Below, piece by piece: positions 1-13,398 of a stretch of DNA of 64,000 nucleotides. The stretch comes from Fimbriosthenelais zetlandica (lineage: Eukaryota): positions 17,174,001-17,238,000 of the forward strand of contig OZ365113.1 of NCBI GenBank assembly GCA_977030845.1, in the 5' to 3' direction. Each line of letters opens with the position of its first letter. The stretch's first letter is position 1. The notes under the pieces are model-generated. The model was not told where the DNA came from. It worked only from the letters and a program-made list of their open reading frames with translations, and searched no databases. Position numbers and translations under genes: made by a program.

Positions 1-847
1 ACTTTGTACAACACGATATGCACGATTACAGGGGGACATTTTGTGCTTTTGTATTCTTTTTCATCGTTTTAATCTTGGGAATCGAGCCCCCTCTGAGGGC
101 CCCTCATTTAAATAATCAACAATCATCACTTCGGGTGGATTCCGCGACCACTAAAACCTCAATAAACTTCAGAAATACACCGTGTCACTGTTATTCATAA
201 TATGACATGGACAGATTGACATATCCGCAAGATGTTCTGTAAGATAGACTGTTTAAATCCAAGTATTTGTCGAGAAATGAGCTTCAATTCATCTGAAAGG
301 CATGGTTCAGCTTGAAGCTGTTTACTGACATCAAATCGCTCATGAATATAAGTAATTTGCGGAGGTTATTTCTGACATTGCTTTCATATCTGGCTCAAAT
401 TTATCATAATGAGCCTACACAAGACATATTCTGGGTTCATTTTGCAGAATATCAGCTTTGGGGGTAGTTTATTTATGCAGAAATTGAATAAAAAAACATC
501 ATTGTTTACATGACTGTCAACAAGAGTTCGAGTGACCCTACGCCCACAAAACTGCGTGCCATTCAGAGTAGATGTGACATATAGAGTAAGGTGGAGTAGG
601 TATTTGGGTCAAGGTACGGTGGCCCATCAGTACGAAATATTACGAAAAAAAACATCTATAAAAAAACATTGATTCAGCTTAGAACCAAAGATTCTACTAT
701 ATAGTAGAATCTTTGTTAGAACTGCTGCAGACGTCCCCCAAGTGGGTCACAGCTACGATGGCCCAAAAGTAGGAAAGTAATTAAATTTAGGCAACATTGT
801 TGAAACATGCTCTGTGAATTAAGAAATTGTGTTAAGGATTTAGGAAA

Positions 848-1420
848 TAGGCCCAAAGAGTTTATTCACTTTGGTAGGCCTAAATAATATTAATTAGAGG
901 AAACATGATTTTTGTGCAATGTGGTAAGATCAGGCTAAAACTGTGATATGAAATAATTATTGCTTCATTCCCTGGATTAGGCCTTAAATTTACCATTAGA
1001 TACCAATAGGCCCAGTGTAGCTAAGAAATATTTGCCCCTAAATACTGTGTCTAAAATAAAACCTAGGCTTACATTGCTTTAAAAACCTGACATTGCATTA
1101 ATTATCTAAGCGATAGAATCATTGAAATTATTTTTGTTTTATTTTTTTTAATGAAAAATGGTTGTTTTTACGGTAGGCCTATGCTAGGTCAAGATTTAGG
1201 AATTACTGGCCCTGAGAAAATGGGGGTAGGCCTATGTTGGGCTTATTATTGATGCTAGGCCTCGATCTAGCTTGTCTGAGGCCTCTGCTCGCGTAACTCA
1301 GGGCCTCTCAACTACAGAAAATTGTAGGTCTATTTTTATTAAGCCTGTCTTTATATTCCAATTGCATCTTTCTCTGTTACCATTTAATAGGAAAACATAT
1401 TTTTACAAAACTAGGCCCTA
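848..1420. repeat. Cluster of TAGGCC(TA) short motifs
   Basis: TAGGCCTA at 875, 1174 and 1227; TAGGCC variants at 848, 978, 1007, 1256 and 1412, in an AT-rich background. Confidence 0.7.
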
Positions 1421-1426
1421 TAATTG

Positions 1427-1462
1427 CAAGCTAGAACCGGACTTCAGTCCGGTTCTAGCTTG
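1427..1462. repeat. Perfect 17-bp inverted repeat with 2-nt spacer
   Basis: CAAGCTAGAACCGGACT (1427-1443), spacer TC, then AGTCCGGTTCTAGCTTG (1446-1462). Extends 3 more bp after one G/T mismatch. Confidence 0.95.
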
Positions 1463-3416
1463 TAATACTTTATAATAGTAACAAAGTTCTCCATCTAAGT
1501 TGAATATGCGAAAAGATATTGCACAAAATCGAAAAATTGGCACAACTCTCCTCGGTCTCCCCTAATGGGCGAGCGAACACATGTCGAATAAAACATCTAG
1601 CCATAATTTGGGAAATAATACTGTCATATTTCTATATGTTGCCAATCAAGTGTTACAATTGGTGATAGAAAAACAATATTCATTCATCCCTCTAAAATTA
1701 GTTATGGAATTGTTCTTACTGCGCGCAGGGTATCCAAAGCTAAATTTTTCATTACCTTCCATGTAACCTGGAAAAACTTTGAAAAATTAATAACTATTAC
1801 AAAGTGCCTTACCCCTCAATCGCACATGTCCTTGCTGGACTAGCACTGACTCTCTCAATGCCCCTGACAGCATTTAAAATCCAAACCCATCTTGGTGACC
1901 ACTTTCAAATAAAAATTAATATCAATAAAATGATGTTAATCCAGTCCAGCTAATATAAACCTGATGAGTTCTTTGTTGAACGAAACCACGACTGACTAAT
2001 TCCAACTTTAGGTGAGTGCCCTAAACCACTCTACCCTGGCATAAAAATGGGGATTACCCTATACATGTAGATGCTATTAATAGACTAGTTGGAACTACGA
2101 TATGGGGAAAACAAACATAGACCAATCACTTTTGAGGCTGGTCATTCTATCCGATAGAAATGAACAACTATGAACCCATGATCGTTTGCTGTCAATTGGA
2201 TTGCCGTAAAGGCCGTCCAACCATTGGGTCAACCGATGATCCCATGGATACCAGGCTATGTTGACATGCTACATGCTAACATAAATAGCGAGAAAAAAGT
2301 CAGTGTCTTCAGTGGTCGTTTTTACCTGGATCAGCAAGGACCCACGCCTCCGTCTCTCTAACATATCCAAAGCTAAATGCTTGAGACACCTTCTTTCCCA
2401 ACATGCAGAAACTCAAGGTTATTAATGGTTGGGCATGATAAAGTAACCTTTACCATAACATTTTAAGGTATGTATCCTTTAATATACTATGATATTTTGT
2501 AGCCTTGAGATAGAAATTAACCCTCTTAGTTAAGATCCCTATCAATTGTATTAGAGGGCCACTCCATCCAGCATTTGCATTAAAGTATTGGACATGTTGC
2601 ATAAAAAGCAAGGGGTTTCCCATGTAGAACTAATATTGGCTAATCACATGCACGCTTTTCTGAAACAGCTGCCTGATTATTGATGCCACACCATTTCCGG
2701 GATATCCATTTCTTAGAAGTAAAGCATTTTACCTTTGATATCGTCCTATATACATTGAGATGCTTATAAGCAGCACTGCCTCATAGTAGTCTATGGTCAA
2801 TGAAGCATGTGTAAGACTGCCTTTGATGTTCCTTATCAAATGGGATTAGGAATCCTTTATTATCCAAGATAATAGGCAAGATAATAGGCTAGGTTTAACG
2901 TTAGCTGCACACCTCACAAGATTGAAACCAAATGTCAAATGTCCGCTTTAAATGCATGGACAGCCTTACTTTCATGTAATTCCCCAGGGGAGGTTTCCAG
3001 TCCAACCGGAAGCTTGGCGCAGTTATCCACCATTTGCTATGTATATTTCTAAACTTTTTATAAGAGAAAGAAAATGTTGACCTTCAGGCACCGGGCTAAG
3101 GAGCCAGAGGATACTAGTAGCACCTACTGTAAAGGGAGATATTTATACGGTTTGAATCTTGTAAAAATGAATAAGTTTTCCCCTGGCGTATAGAGAAATA
3201 CCCCACAGGATATATTACGGGCGATAATAGGGGAAACCTAATGTTTCCCCATATATACATTTCCCAGTAGTTCTTAGTAGGAAAAAGATGATACCAGTAA
3301 CACCTTTACATTGGAAAAACTAAGTTATATGGTCGGCGTCTTTTAAACACAACACTCCCCATGGTAAAGCAAAATAGCCCGCAAGATCTATCCCTGGTGA
3401 TAATAGAGGAAAGTTA

Positions 3417-3450
3417 GTGTTTCGTAGTTTGGTATCGACTACGAATACAC
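3417..3450. repeat. Imperfect hairpin (12-bp stem with 1-nt bulge, 9-nt loop)
   Basis: GTGTTTCGTAGT (3417-3428) pairs with ACTACGAATACAC (3438-3450). A G12 run follows at 3475-3486. Confidence 0.7.
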
Positions 3451-5684
3451 TGAACAGAGTACAGGGGGAAAAAAGGGGGGGGGGGGTAAAGTGCTACATA
3501 CAGTTTACACAAAGGCCAATGGGCCTTAATATAAATAATCTCACAAGCAAATATTATGTCCTATTGATATGCACATTAAATGAATTTATATGCAGGCCGG
3601 GCAAGAAAACCCCTTCTTCTTGGAAAATTTCTATCTATCTGTATAAAGAATTCCTGTAATTTTCTGGCAACTTTCTTTGTTTTAGTGGGCAACTGAGCAC
3701 TGTCATATCTCCAGATCCACTGATGTAAATGAGGATTTCATCCAATAGCTATGAATAAATTAGCGTAAGATATTCAATTTGGTTATCTGTTGGGCACGTT
3801 ATATGTGTGTAAATCCGATATCTGGTATAGAAGGCTCAGGTCTTCATTAATTAACTCTTCACGGCATTCTATTTATAGGCCAGTGATGGCAGTGAGACAG
3901 ACATCTGATGATATAGTCATATATTGTAATTTTGTTATAATAGAATATTTCATATTTATATAAGAACATTTTCTGCATAGGTTTTTCTCTCCTAGCTGGG
4001 AAGCAGGCTGAAAGATAATGTATTAGCACTTTGCATCTGTTATATAGGATTTACATGGTTCCGCCGAGAGCTTAGATCCAAAAATATTTTAAGTGTGGGG
4101 AGAGCTAATGTCCTTTTAGTCTACCCTAAAGCAGAGACAAGGATTCTGAAAAATGAGATATTATATAGGCCACTCTACAAGAGGTTTTGGCGTCTTCTGA
4201 GTTGATCGTCTCAGCGATATAGAACATTGCAAAAACAGCGGAAAATCCAATAGCAATTTCCTGTTCCTATTCTTCTTCTACAATGAGGATAACATCATTG
4301 AATCTATGATTCCTTGCTATACATAGTATGACTTTCTGTGTCTAGACTCTTTAGTTAACCTATATCCTACGCAAAATGTTGAAACTGAATTACAGAACTA
4401 TCGTAAACTAGTTAGTCTGGAAGTTGACTTAGCAGACCATCAGTAAGCCTAATTCTTGGTGCACCGAATCCTCTCAAGGGAGAGCTGTCATGTCCTATAT
4501 TGGAATTTACATTCCGAGCTGGACTAAACCCCTTGTCCTGCTTGGATCCTTCATATACCAATCTATACAACTTTGACTTTTTTTTACTAGTAACCCTTAC
4601 CGAATTTTAGTCACATGGTGCGTTGGATTGAGGTCATAAGGTGAATTAATTGAATTCAGCTACTTTGCTGCAAATTATTCAAAATAAGCCAGCCATGATT
4701 GAAGGCACCGTATCGACCTCCTTACAGATTGAATACTTAAAGCATCACATGTTTGAGAGTAATATTGGGACAAAGTGCTTGAACAAAACAGCCCTAAGAA
4801 CATGCAAAAACATCTTTATACTTTCATGAAGCCGATGGCTTTCCACTGTTTGTCAATTTAACCTCACAACACTGCATGCACTTACTGCCCCTCTCCGTGC
4901 ACTAGAGTGCATACAGATGTAGGCGTCCGAAATTTCTTAGATCTTCATCTAAGTGACTGACCGAAGCTAAATCCCTCTCACAGCACTAGAAATCCCCTAA
5001 CCGGATCGTAGAATCTTTCAAACCCTGCCAAATCATCTTTTTAGCATCTGAGGAAGCTGAGCAAAGCTAAGTACAGGAGTATATGGGGAACATGCATTTG
5101 CTTTACTACAGTAACTACTGCGCTTTTGGGATCAGAAATACCAGAGAATTAAATATACTGCATAAATATAAGGTAGGCTTGGACTGAAGAGCAGCAGAGC
5201 TATACCCTCAGTCGATGCAGGCAGGCACATTTCAAACAATTTTTTGTCTCATTTTTGTAATCGCAACTATGAAGGGATGATAATAATTGAGTTATCTTGA
5301 TAGATTGATAGATTACTATAGATTCTGACGTCATCCCTAGAGGAAGTCCTGTACACAATAGGTATAGGACGTGTAATTGACTGTGGGCACATGTAATGTA
5401 TAGTACCTACCTACAGGGAGGGACTGAGACTGGCAAATCAGTAAAAGGAATCCCAAAGAGCAATTCCTCATAAGATGGATGACAAGGGATATAGTTCCAT
5501 GTACACAGAGATGCGATGGCATTGTTTCAGAGGAAGGACAAATCGATAACTAATAGAATTCCATACTGTACATATGTTTATCACATTCTCTATTGGCATC
5601 AGCATTCTCCTCCAATAAAAAGTCTCTTTATTTCTCCTGACTACGCCTGAAGAAATTTACTTGAGTGAGAGGAAAACTTGGCCC

Positions 5685-5816
5685 ATCAAATGGGCGCTAG
5701 ACTGTAATGCCAACGGCTTACAATGGCGGCCATATCGGGAAAGATCAATGGTTGTAATGTTAAGGGAAGGAATGCACTGGCGAGGCTTTTATTTGTTAGG
5801 TAGGAGGTATCTCCTT
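5685..5816 (+). mobile_element. Degenerate Ty3/gypsy RNase H-like fragment
   Basis: Translation contains IKWALD and later FYLLGRRYLL, resembling gypsy 'AIKWAxxxxRYYLLGRxF'. The two halves are about 30 aa apart instead of about 4. Confidence 0.3.
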
Positions 5817-6179
5817 ATAGGGTGCCTAAAATACATGCCATAAGGGTTACCCGATATACATTTAAGGCCATTTGTGATTTGTGAGAATGTTAGCTGCAAG
5901 ATTGAATGATGCTTGTATGCCTCACTGAAAAAGAGGACATGAGTTTGGTGCATATTCATATACATGTAACAAGACCTCGATTCCTTATGGACTAGTGTGG
6001 TTGGAAATCAATGCAGGAACATGGAGGATGGTAGATAAATTAACTCTAAAAGATTTGGCATGTTGTAAGTAGTTATAGCCAAGTGTTGGCAACTTTCATC
6101 TAGAGTATTTCCATGGTTTATTCATAAGATGAGCCAATTGTGTTCCCATCATGATTCCTTACATAAGAACTGACACTAA

Positions 6180-6250
6180 TTTGATCCCATGATTCTTGGT
6201 CGTTCCCTCCCTAAAATGATGTCAATCCCACCAAATCCATGAGGAAATAG
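6180..6250 (-). mobile_element. Degenerate Ty3/gypsy aspartic-protease region fragment
   Basis: Minus strand reads FLMDL, then after a frameshift GGIDIILG, then TKNHG. Resembles the plant gypsy 'xDxxxxDVILGMDWL' segment. Confidence 0.4.
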
Positions 6251-8361
6251 ATGGAGGGGCTTCATGGAAGGCCAGCATCAGGGTTTCTCTCTACTTTCAT
6301 TCAGCACAGGGAGAGCTCCACTGCCATGATGGCTTAGCCTCAGCACTAACCGTGACGACAGCATGTGACTTAGTCGTCATCAGCAGCAATGAGATGTCAT
6401 GTTGCCATAGTAACCACAGCAGGAGTAGATGGGCAACAGGAGCAGGAGGAGAAGAAGGAGCAGGAGTAAGTTGGATGGAGGGAGGCAGGAAGGGGTGGTA
6501 GTAGTGTGGGTGGCTCGATTTAGTGGAGGGATACAGGGTAGCTTTGACTTCGAGTTAGTCGGCCTGATGAGGAAGACGGGAAAAGGAAGGAGGGTGGAAG
6601 GTGGGTATTAGGGCCGGATGGGGAGAAGTAGTTGCAGGGAACATTCAGTAGAAGGAGGAAGTTAGGACTTCTGAAAAACTCGAAAGAGAGAAGAATAAAG
6701 AATGGAGGGTTACGTTTAGTAAGAAGGAAAGAGAGAAGAGAAGCAAACGGAAGATTGAGAAGTAAGGATGAACCGGTATCTTTTGTCCGCCTGGAGGATA
6801 TATTGCCGAGGAGGGAATAGGATGGGAGAACAGAAGAGGATGGGTGTATACATGTATATATATATGAAAGACTAGGTGATATCAATGACAAGAGGAGGAG
6901 AAAATGATTCGGGGAGGGAGGAGAAGCAATAGAGCCCTGCAGGAGAGTGATTGGAGAATCTGGCAGTGGGTGGATATAGGAATTAGGTTAATGAAGACAA
7001 AATGTAAGCCAGAATAAGTGCTGGGCATATATTGAGACTAAATGATAAGGAGACAGGGAATAAGTCATGGCATTGGCCTGAAAGTAGCCCTGTGTAATGA
7101 TGTGAAGGTTACATATAATATAACCTTTGGAGCACTCTGCATAGGCATGTTATTGTAGAATACATGTACAGTATACATGCATGAATGAATGTCATTGTTA
7201 ATCTTTTACAATCTAGAAGAATCTCAATACATCGAAAGTATGAACATATCTTTCCGGAATTAAATAAGAATCAAATGCAGATTTGCAGATGCTTTTCAGT
7301 GTCAATGTGCCTGTTTATCATATATGTGGAAAGGACATTGAAGGATGGAGTGATATTTGCTGTGAGTGCAGGTTCCGCCTGTGACCCTCCCACCAGCTTA
7401 TCTGAAGACACAGCGCACATGGCCCTTCCCTCACGCATGTGCACTGTGTAATCAAGTAAATGGCCGATTATTTCCCGCACCTGCTTGCCTCTAAACTTGA
7501 CCCACCAGATAAGATAGGTACCAACGACAGGAACTAGCAAGATAAGGCCTCCTACAAGCCATTCCCCGTCTACAAGCCGTAGACTAGCTTTCCCCTTCTT
7601 ACACATTATGAGTTGGCTTCACATCCTCCTAATGTTGAACCAGATGAAGTCATTTTTGTACTTTGCTTAATCCAGTAATTAAAGTTTCCCGATGATTAAA
7701 ACTTAATTATCTATTTTCTAGAACCATCCATCTTAAGATGTAGTTTACGTGAAACATTCATTCATATTTTGATTACAAGTTCGGAACAATAGCAAAAGTA
7801 GGATGACTTGGGCAAGCCAAATCCATACAAAATGATGAAGTAATCGAGTGTTGGATTGGAGGATGTTGGGTCTGAAACAAGCAGACTAGAAGAATGGGGG
7901 AGGGATATTGTGTTCTTCATCATGATTTGTCATGTAAGCTTGTCAAGCACATAGATATAATGACGAACTATGAAAATGCCCATCAAAATTAGTAATACTA
8001 TTTGATCCTTTGGAAAAGTGAAGTCCACGAATAGGCATTATATACGTCCTCTCATTAAATTTCCGAACTCCCTAATTAGCTTTTAATGATAATTATAAGC
8101 CTGCGGTAATGAATGTGAATGACGGAGACTGTAGGGTATTATGTACATAATGTTGCAGGTGTATGAAGGAAAAACACAAAATATGTTTTTGGGCAGTCTG
8201 TAAAGTACTAGTCTCCATGGCAACTGCTGGCTTTGGCTCAATGCTCATCCTTGCAGTCACATGATGCCATATAAACCTGTCAGCATATCAACCCCACCAC
8301 CAGAGATAACACCTTTTTCTACTCTCATATCAGCAGTTTTATTTAAAGCATGTGATGCACT

Positions 8362-8460
8362 GAGTGGACAGTGTTCATGGGTAAATAACCAGAAGGTTTC
8401 CCAAAAAGTAAAACAGGAACAATACGCTGTATGGGCTTTTGACCTTTTCATCCATGCAAT
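8362..8460 (-). mobile_element. Possible gypsy RNase H echo
   Basis: IAW...FWLFTHEHCPL resembles 'AIxWA...FxLxTDHxPL'. Highly degenerate. Confidence 0.2.
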
Positions 8461-11400
8461 CTCTTGCAAAATTATTATTAGCCCCGCTTGCACGCACCAA
8501 GCTCATGTTTTCCTTTCGGAACAAGGCTGTCCTCTAATTATTATAGAGGACACAATGCAACCCTCATCCAAACCTTATTATAATTTAAAGCTCCCTAAGG
8601 GAAGGCCCGTGCAAGATGAAAGCTGGTCTCCCAGCTTCACCCAAGGCCATATAGGTGGAGAAAGTCATCAGGGATCGCCAAGCAGGGAATGGGCACAGTG
8701 AATAGATTTTTTTCAAAGGTCTGTCATTGGCCAACCTTCGTCTCTGTTGAAAATAAAACTTAATGCCTTGAAATTCTAGAGATTGGCAGCACCTCCTTGA
8801 TGAATCACACTAGAGCATTGCATGTGCTTTTTCAGAAAATGTCTCCGGGGTTGAGGCAATAACCTCCATGTGTTTGTGGGTTGAGTGTCCTGACAGCCTT
8901 GGATTCATTAGTCACTTCTAACAAGACAAAGAAGGCCTCCTGGTGGTTTAGGGTACCAAGCTCATTCCTTGCTTAATTCAGTGGCAGCTTATCTCGTCCT
9001 GATCAGGAGGCCATGAGAAAGGGAGGCAAGGCCTATTATCAGATTGCCTCTGATGGCAGAAACAATCCTGCACCCCTGATCCATCTAAGGGGAAGTCTAA
9101 TCAGCAGAAGTTCCCCCTGTTTCCCTTTCCCCATAGGTCTGTATTCATTATCTTACCAAGTCACGTATCAAATCTAGTTACGGTGGTCGCGTCCATGGCC
9201 TAGCGTCCTTTAATCACCCCTGATTCTGTCTGCCCTTTCAGCTCAACTTGCCTGCTACCTGTCCGCCCCTGAGTTGGGCACATTATTTTGATGCACTAAG
9301 AACTGGTCCTTTACCTAGTCACCCATGATTGTCTTCTTGGCTGAGCTTGCCTGGAGCTAGGGAGTCACCAGAAACTTCTAAGACTAGACGGGTAATACTT
9401 ACTGAAAATACCTAGATACGATAGCTTTCATCATCAATGTGAAATTACTTATTTCATGCCATTTAGATTATTTAGAACACCTGTCACCTCTACTGACAGA
9501 TAAGCCAGAATCTAACCTTTAGGAAAAACTCATGGTTTTTCTTTGTCCAAGGTACAAGCATTTGATTGTGAAGCACCAATTGCATGTTAATTATCAAGTG
9601 AGAGTGACATTGGATGGAGAGTGTGTTAGGTAGCAGGTATGGTGACGATTAGCAGTAAGACTGAGTAATAGGTGATTACCTGCATCTCTCCTCCATTGTC
9701 TGCTGGCATGGAGGAGCTCAGGAGCAGGTCTGAGCAGCTCCAAGTGAGCACTGGAGGACGCCACCGCCGCCCACATCTAATTATCCCGGCTAATTATCAT
9801 CCTCTCTACACTTTTGACCTTTAGCTCTGATGACTGGAGGTGAAGCGAGTGGTGATGGGCGGATCGATGTAGGGGGAGGACAGGATATTTACACCTGGCC
9901 ACACCAAACACAGCCAACATGGAGGGAACCAGGCGGCTGGGGAAATAACAGAAGCCCTCACTTTAGTTGGCTTTCCTAATTTACTCTCTGTTTTTCAAAG
10001 GGTAACCAACAAAATTCTAAATGTCACAATCCTGTTGTTATAACTATCTTTGAAAAGGAATTTGAGTGCCACTATTCAGAGCCGATATGTAGGATTTGCG
10101 TATAGTCAGGAAATGAAAATTCATTGCCTGATATTTCGGAAATGATATTTGGAGGGAAGTTATACCGGTTTCACGATGTTTTATAGCTATCTATCAGGCT
10201 ACATACATGTCCCCTGATCTATGAAAAATAATGTTTTCCCATAAAATGCAACTTTCAGCACCATGAATGATTTGCGAAGCATATAGGTTATCCCAGGCGA
10301 TGCATGATAATATTGAGCTCTCAATATGCCAGCTTGTTTGCCCTTCACTCGCTTCAAGGCACTTCTTAGGAGAGTCTGGTTCAGGGGCCTTCAGCAATGT
10401 GAAATGAATTGGAAGCTTGTTTGTATAGGATTCCCTTCCTCCTCACTCCCTTCTTTGCCCTGCGGCATAAAGATGCGCTGCAACAAAAGATCGCTGTTGA
10501 GCCTGCGTGATCTTTAATATTTCACCCATATATGGGATTCAGTCGCTCAGCAAGGACAGCGAGCAGCAAGGACTCGGGAGATGGTTGGTGTATTAAAAGG
10601 GTTGTAGTTTCTCTTTCATTGTTTCAGACTAGATTTCCACTTAACAGTCTCTCTCCCCCCACCCCCTCTTCTCCCCCTGACTCTCTAATTCTGTCTTTCA
10701 CCAGCAGGGTAACAGCTGGCTCATTCCCACTGCCCGTCAATGAGCAAAACGTCTGTGAAAGCCAACCGGTGCCGACAGAATTGACTTTAAATCCTCCCTT
10801 CCTAACCTTCTGACAAGTTTACTTTAAATCTAGGTATTGAAGGTTTTCAATTTCCCCTGGCAGTCTAATTATCTATAATTAGACTCAAAAGTATGAACTC
10901 TTACGTATCAGAATTATGGTACTTTGAATTACATGTGAATGTGGGTGGGTTGTAGGACTATGAATCACACTACGGAGACCACACTGCATGGTTACCAAAC
11001 AACTCTGAAAAGCAGCTTATAAATTACTTATCTATAGCAAAAAACGCAGAAATATCACACAATTGTGTTTTCTAGGATGGCTACTGGTAGAGTCATATAC
11101 AAAATGGCTGACATTGTAGTTATGTTATGGGGTGTCTTAATTGAGGTGTCACCTTCCCCAGTGAGATGCAAGTGGATCAAAGCCATTCATACCGATGCTG
11201 TCAGAGGCGACCATGATGGCTGATGAGGTGACTCGATCACCTCATTTAAAACACCCTATTACAGGATCCTTTCTGGCTATAAACCATGGTGGTTGATCAA
11301 CCATCCTTAGGGGACATGCATGTTAGATGTAGCACTGTGGTGGTGGGTAGAGATGCTCCAGTGAGTCAGGATCCCCCAGCAGCTCCCCACCACCTCCAGC

Positions 11401-13270
11401 CTTTACAACAGGTTAACCTTCTTTCTCATGCTTCACAGAACCGAAAGATTGAATAGGCTACCCTCCTCTTTTCAAGAACCTCAGCCAACAATTGCCTCAG
11501 ACTGCCAGTTGGCCAACGTGTCATGGCAATTTCCATTTATGCGTCGCATCCAAACTATTGTGAAACAGAAGCTGAGATGGGCGGGGAATAACCTGGGAAT
11601 AGAATAGGTATATTATATTTCAGCAGAAAAACACCACTAAGGTGTCATGATAAGGCTCATTCTTGTATAGAATATAATTTATATGGCCTTGCTATTGTGA
11701 TTTCCCTTATGAATAAATGGATGCCTTTAACATATGAAAGCATTGATGAATGGAGGGTTTTGTCAAAGCAAAAAAAAACTAACCCGCATCGCTGCGAATA
11801 GCCGCATCTCTTGAAATGACATTAAAAAATACCTCTCCCCTTCAGGGAATGTGGTAAAAAAGAGAGCAAAGCGGTGCTGCTTTTGGCATCTTGCTCTGCG
11901 TGTCTTTTCATGGGAGATTTAGCGTGTAAATCATTACCAGAGGAGCATCAACACTTCATCTGCCTCTCGCCGCCGCTGCCTGGCGCTATCTTATTATAGA
12001 CCCACTGCCTTGCCTAATTGTACATACACACATAGTTAAAGTGCTGCAGAACACGTGCCTGCTGAGGCAATATTTGAACAAGCCATTAGTATAATGATTG
12101 TACACCCCACTCCCTCGTCGGCTTCTAGCAGGCCTCCATGAAAGACCCATCTTTGGTCCTTTCCAGATATGCTTATTATGCCAAAACAATATATATTTGG
12201 TTCAGATTTCAAGCATGGTGGAGGTTTGAAAGTGAAACTCTAAGTCAGACTAATGCTGCTGGAGGTCTATAGCCAAGTGAGATCAACCTTGGCTCCAGAC
12301 TGCCAAAGTAAATTAAACTGCACTGGTGAGGTAGACAGCCATTAAAAACCATCAAAAATCAATGAGAAAAGAGAGTGCCCAAACTATTTAGCATCAGCAG
12401 GAACAATGGCTGTACTCTATTATTGCATTTAGAGTGTATCACTACGAGTTTTTTTGGTAATAAGCATTGTGTCGGCAGTCATCAATTCGCTGTTGCAAAA
12501 TCATGATATAATGCTGCCTAATTATTTGTATGCCATATCTAGCCTGAGGATACTGACATTTTTTCGATTAATAAATTGGGATAAGTCAGCACATTTCTTG
12601 TTGTGAAAATGTACAATTCATATCATTAGAGAAACATCCTATGATTAAAGTGAACAAATTGATTAGAGGAATCTCATTAAGGTAATGAAAAGGAATTCTT
12701 CTAAATCCTATTTACATAAGCCCCATGGTTTAATCTCCTCGGAGAGAACCCAGCCTGAGTGGCTGTCCTGCCATTTAGTTCCTGGAAGACAATGGTTTGT
12801 TACAATGTGAACACACTTTCATCTTAATTCTTTGCTCCAATATCGGAGCTTTCGGATCGATACTGTCTATAGGTCTGGTTTATAGTGAGTCTACTATAGT
12901 AGCAGTATGGTTCAGGCGAACCATCCAGATATTGGGTTGTTACCACTAATGTAACAACTCGGATATTTGTAGCTGCATAATATTATAGTTCTGGTTTGTC
13001 CAAGTCAGAGTGATTGTTTCTTCATCTCTTGTTATGAGGGTGTTTCCCTTTTAGGCGTAATTAAAGTGATTTACATGACAGGGGGTTTAAATATAGCGGG
13101 TAGGCACTATTTCGGGGCGTCGGTGAGTGTACGGAGGTTCACCAACATGCCTTAAATGAATGCACGACAGCCCAAGGGCTTGTTTCATAACAATGCTTTA
13201 GCCTATGAAGCAGATCTCTGAGACACCTACATAGACTTTTAATCATTATAATATATGTGGAATGAGCAGA

Positions 13271-13398
13271 AGCTGGATGTGGGACAGCTGGATGTGACAG
13301 AATCAGGAGTAGGATGTGAAAGGAGCAGCAGGAGCTTGATGTGTCAGCAGGAGGAGCAGATGGATCCATCCATGTCACAGGAGCTGGATGTGGATGTC
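13271..13398 (+). repeat. Degenerate minisatellite-like repeat (AGCTGGATGTG)
   Basis: AGCTGGATGTG at 13271, 13286 and 13382; variants AGGATGTG at 13311 and AGCTTGATGTG at 13333. Confidence 0.75.

Noticed and set aside
11223-11245. 9-bp hairpin ATGAGGTGA-CTCGA-TCACCTCAT (terminator-like)
   Set aside because: One or two such stems are expected by chance in 64 kb; no poly-U tail and no upstream gene.
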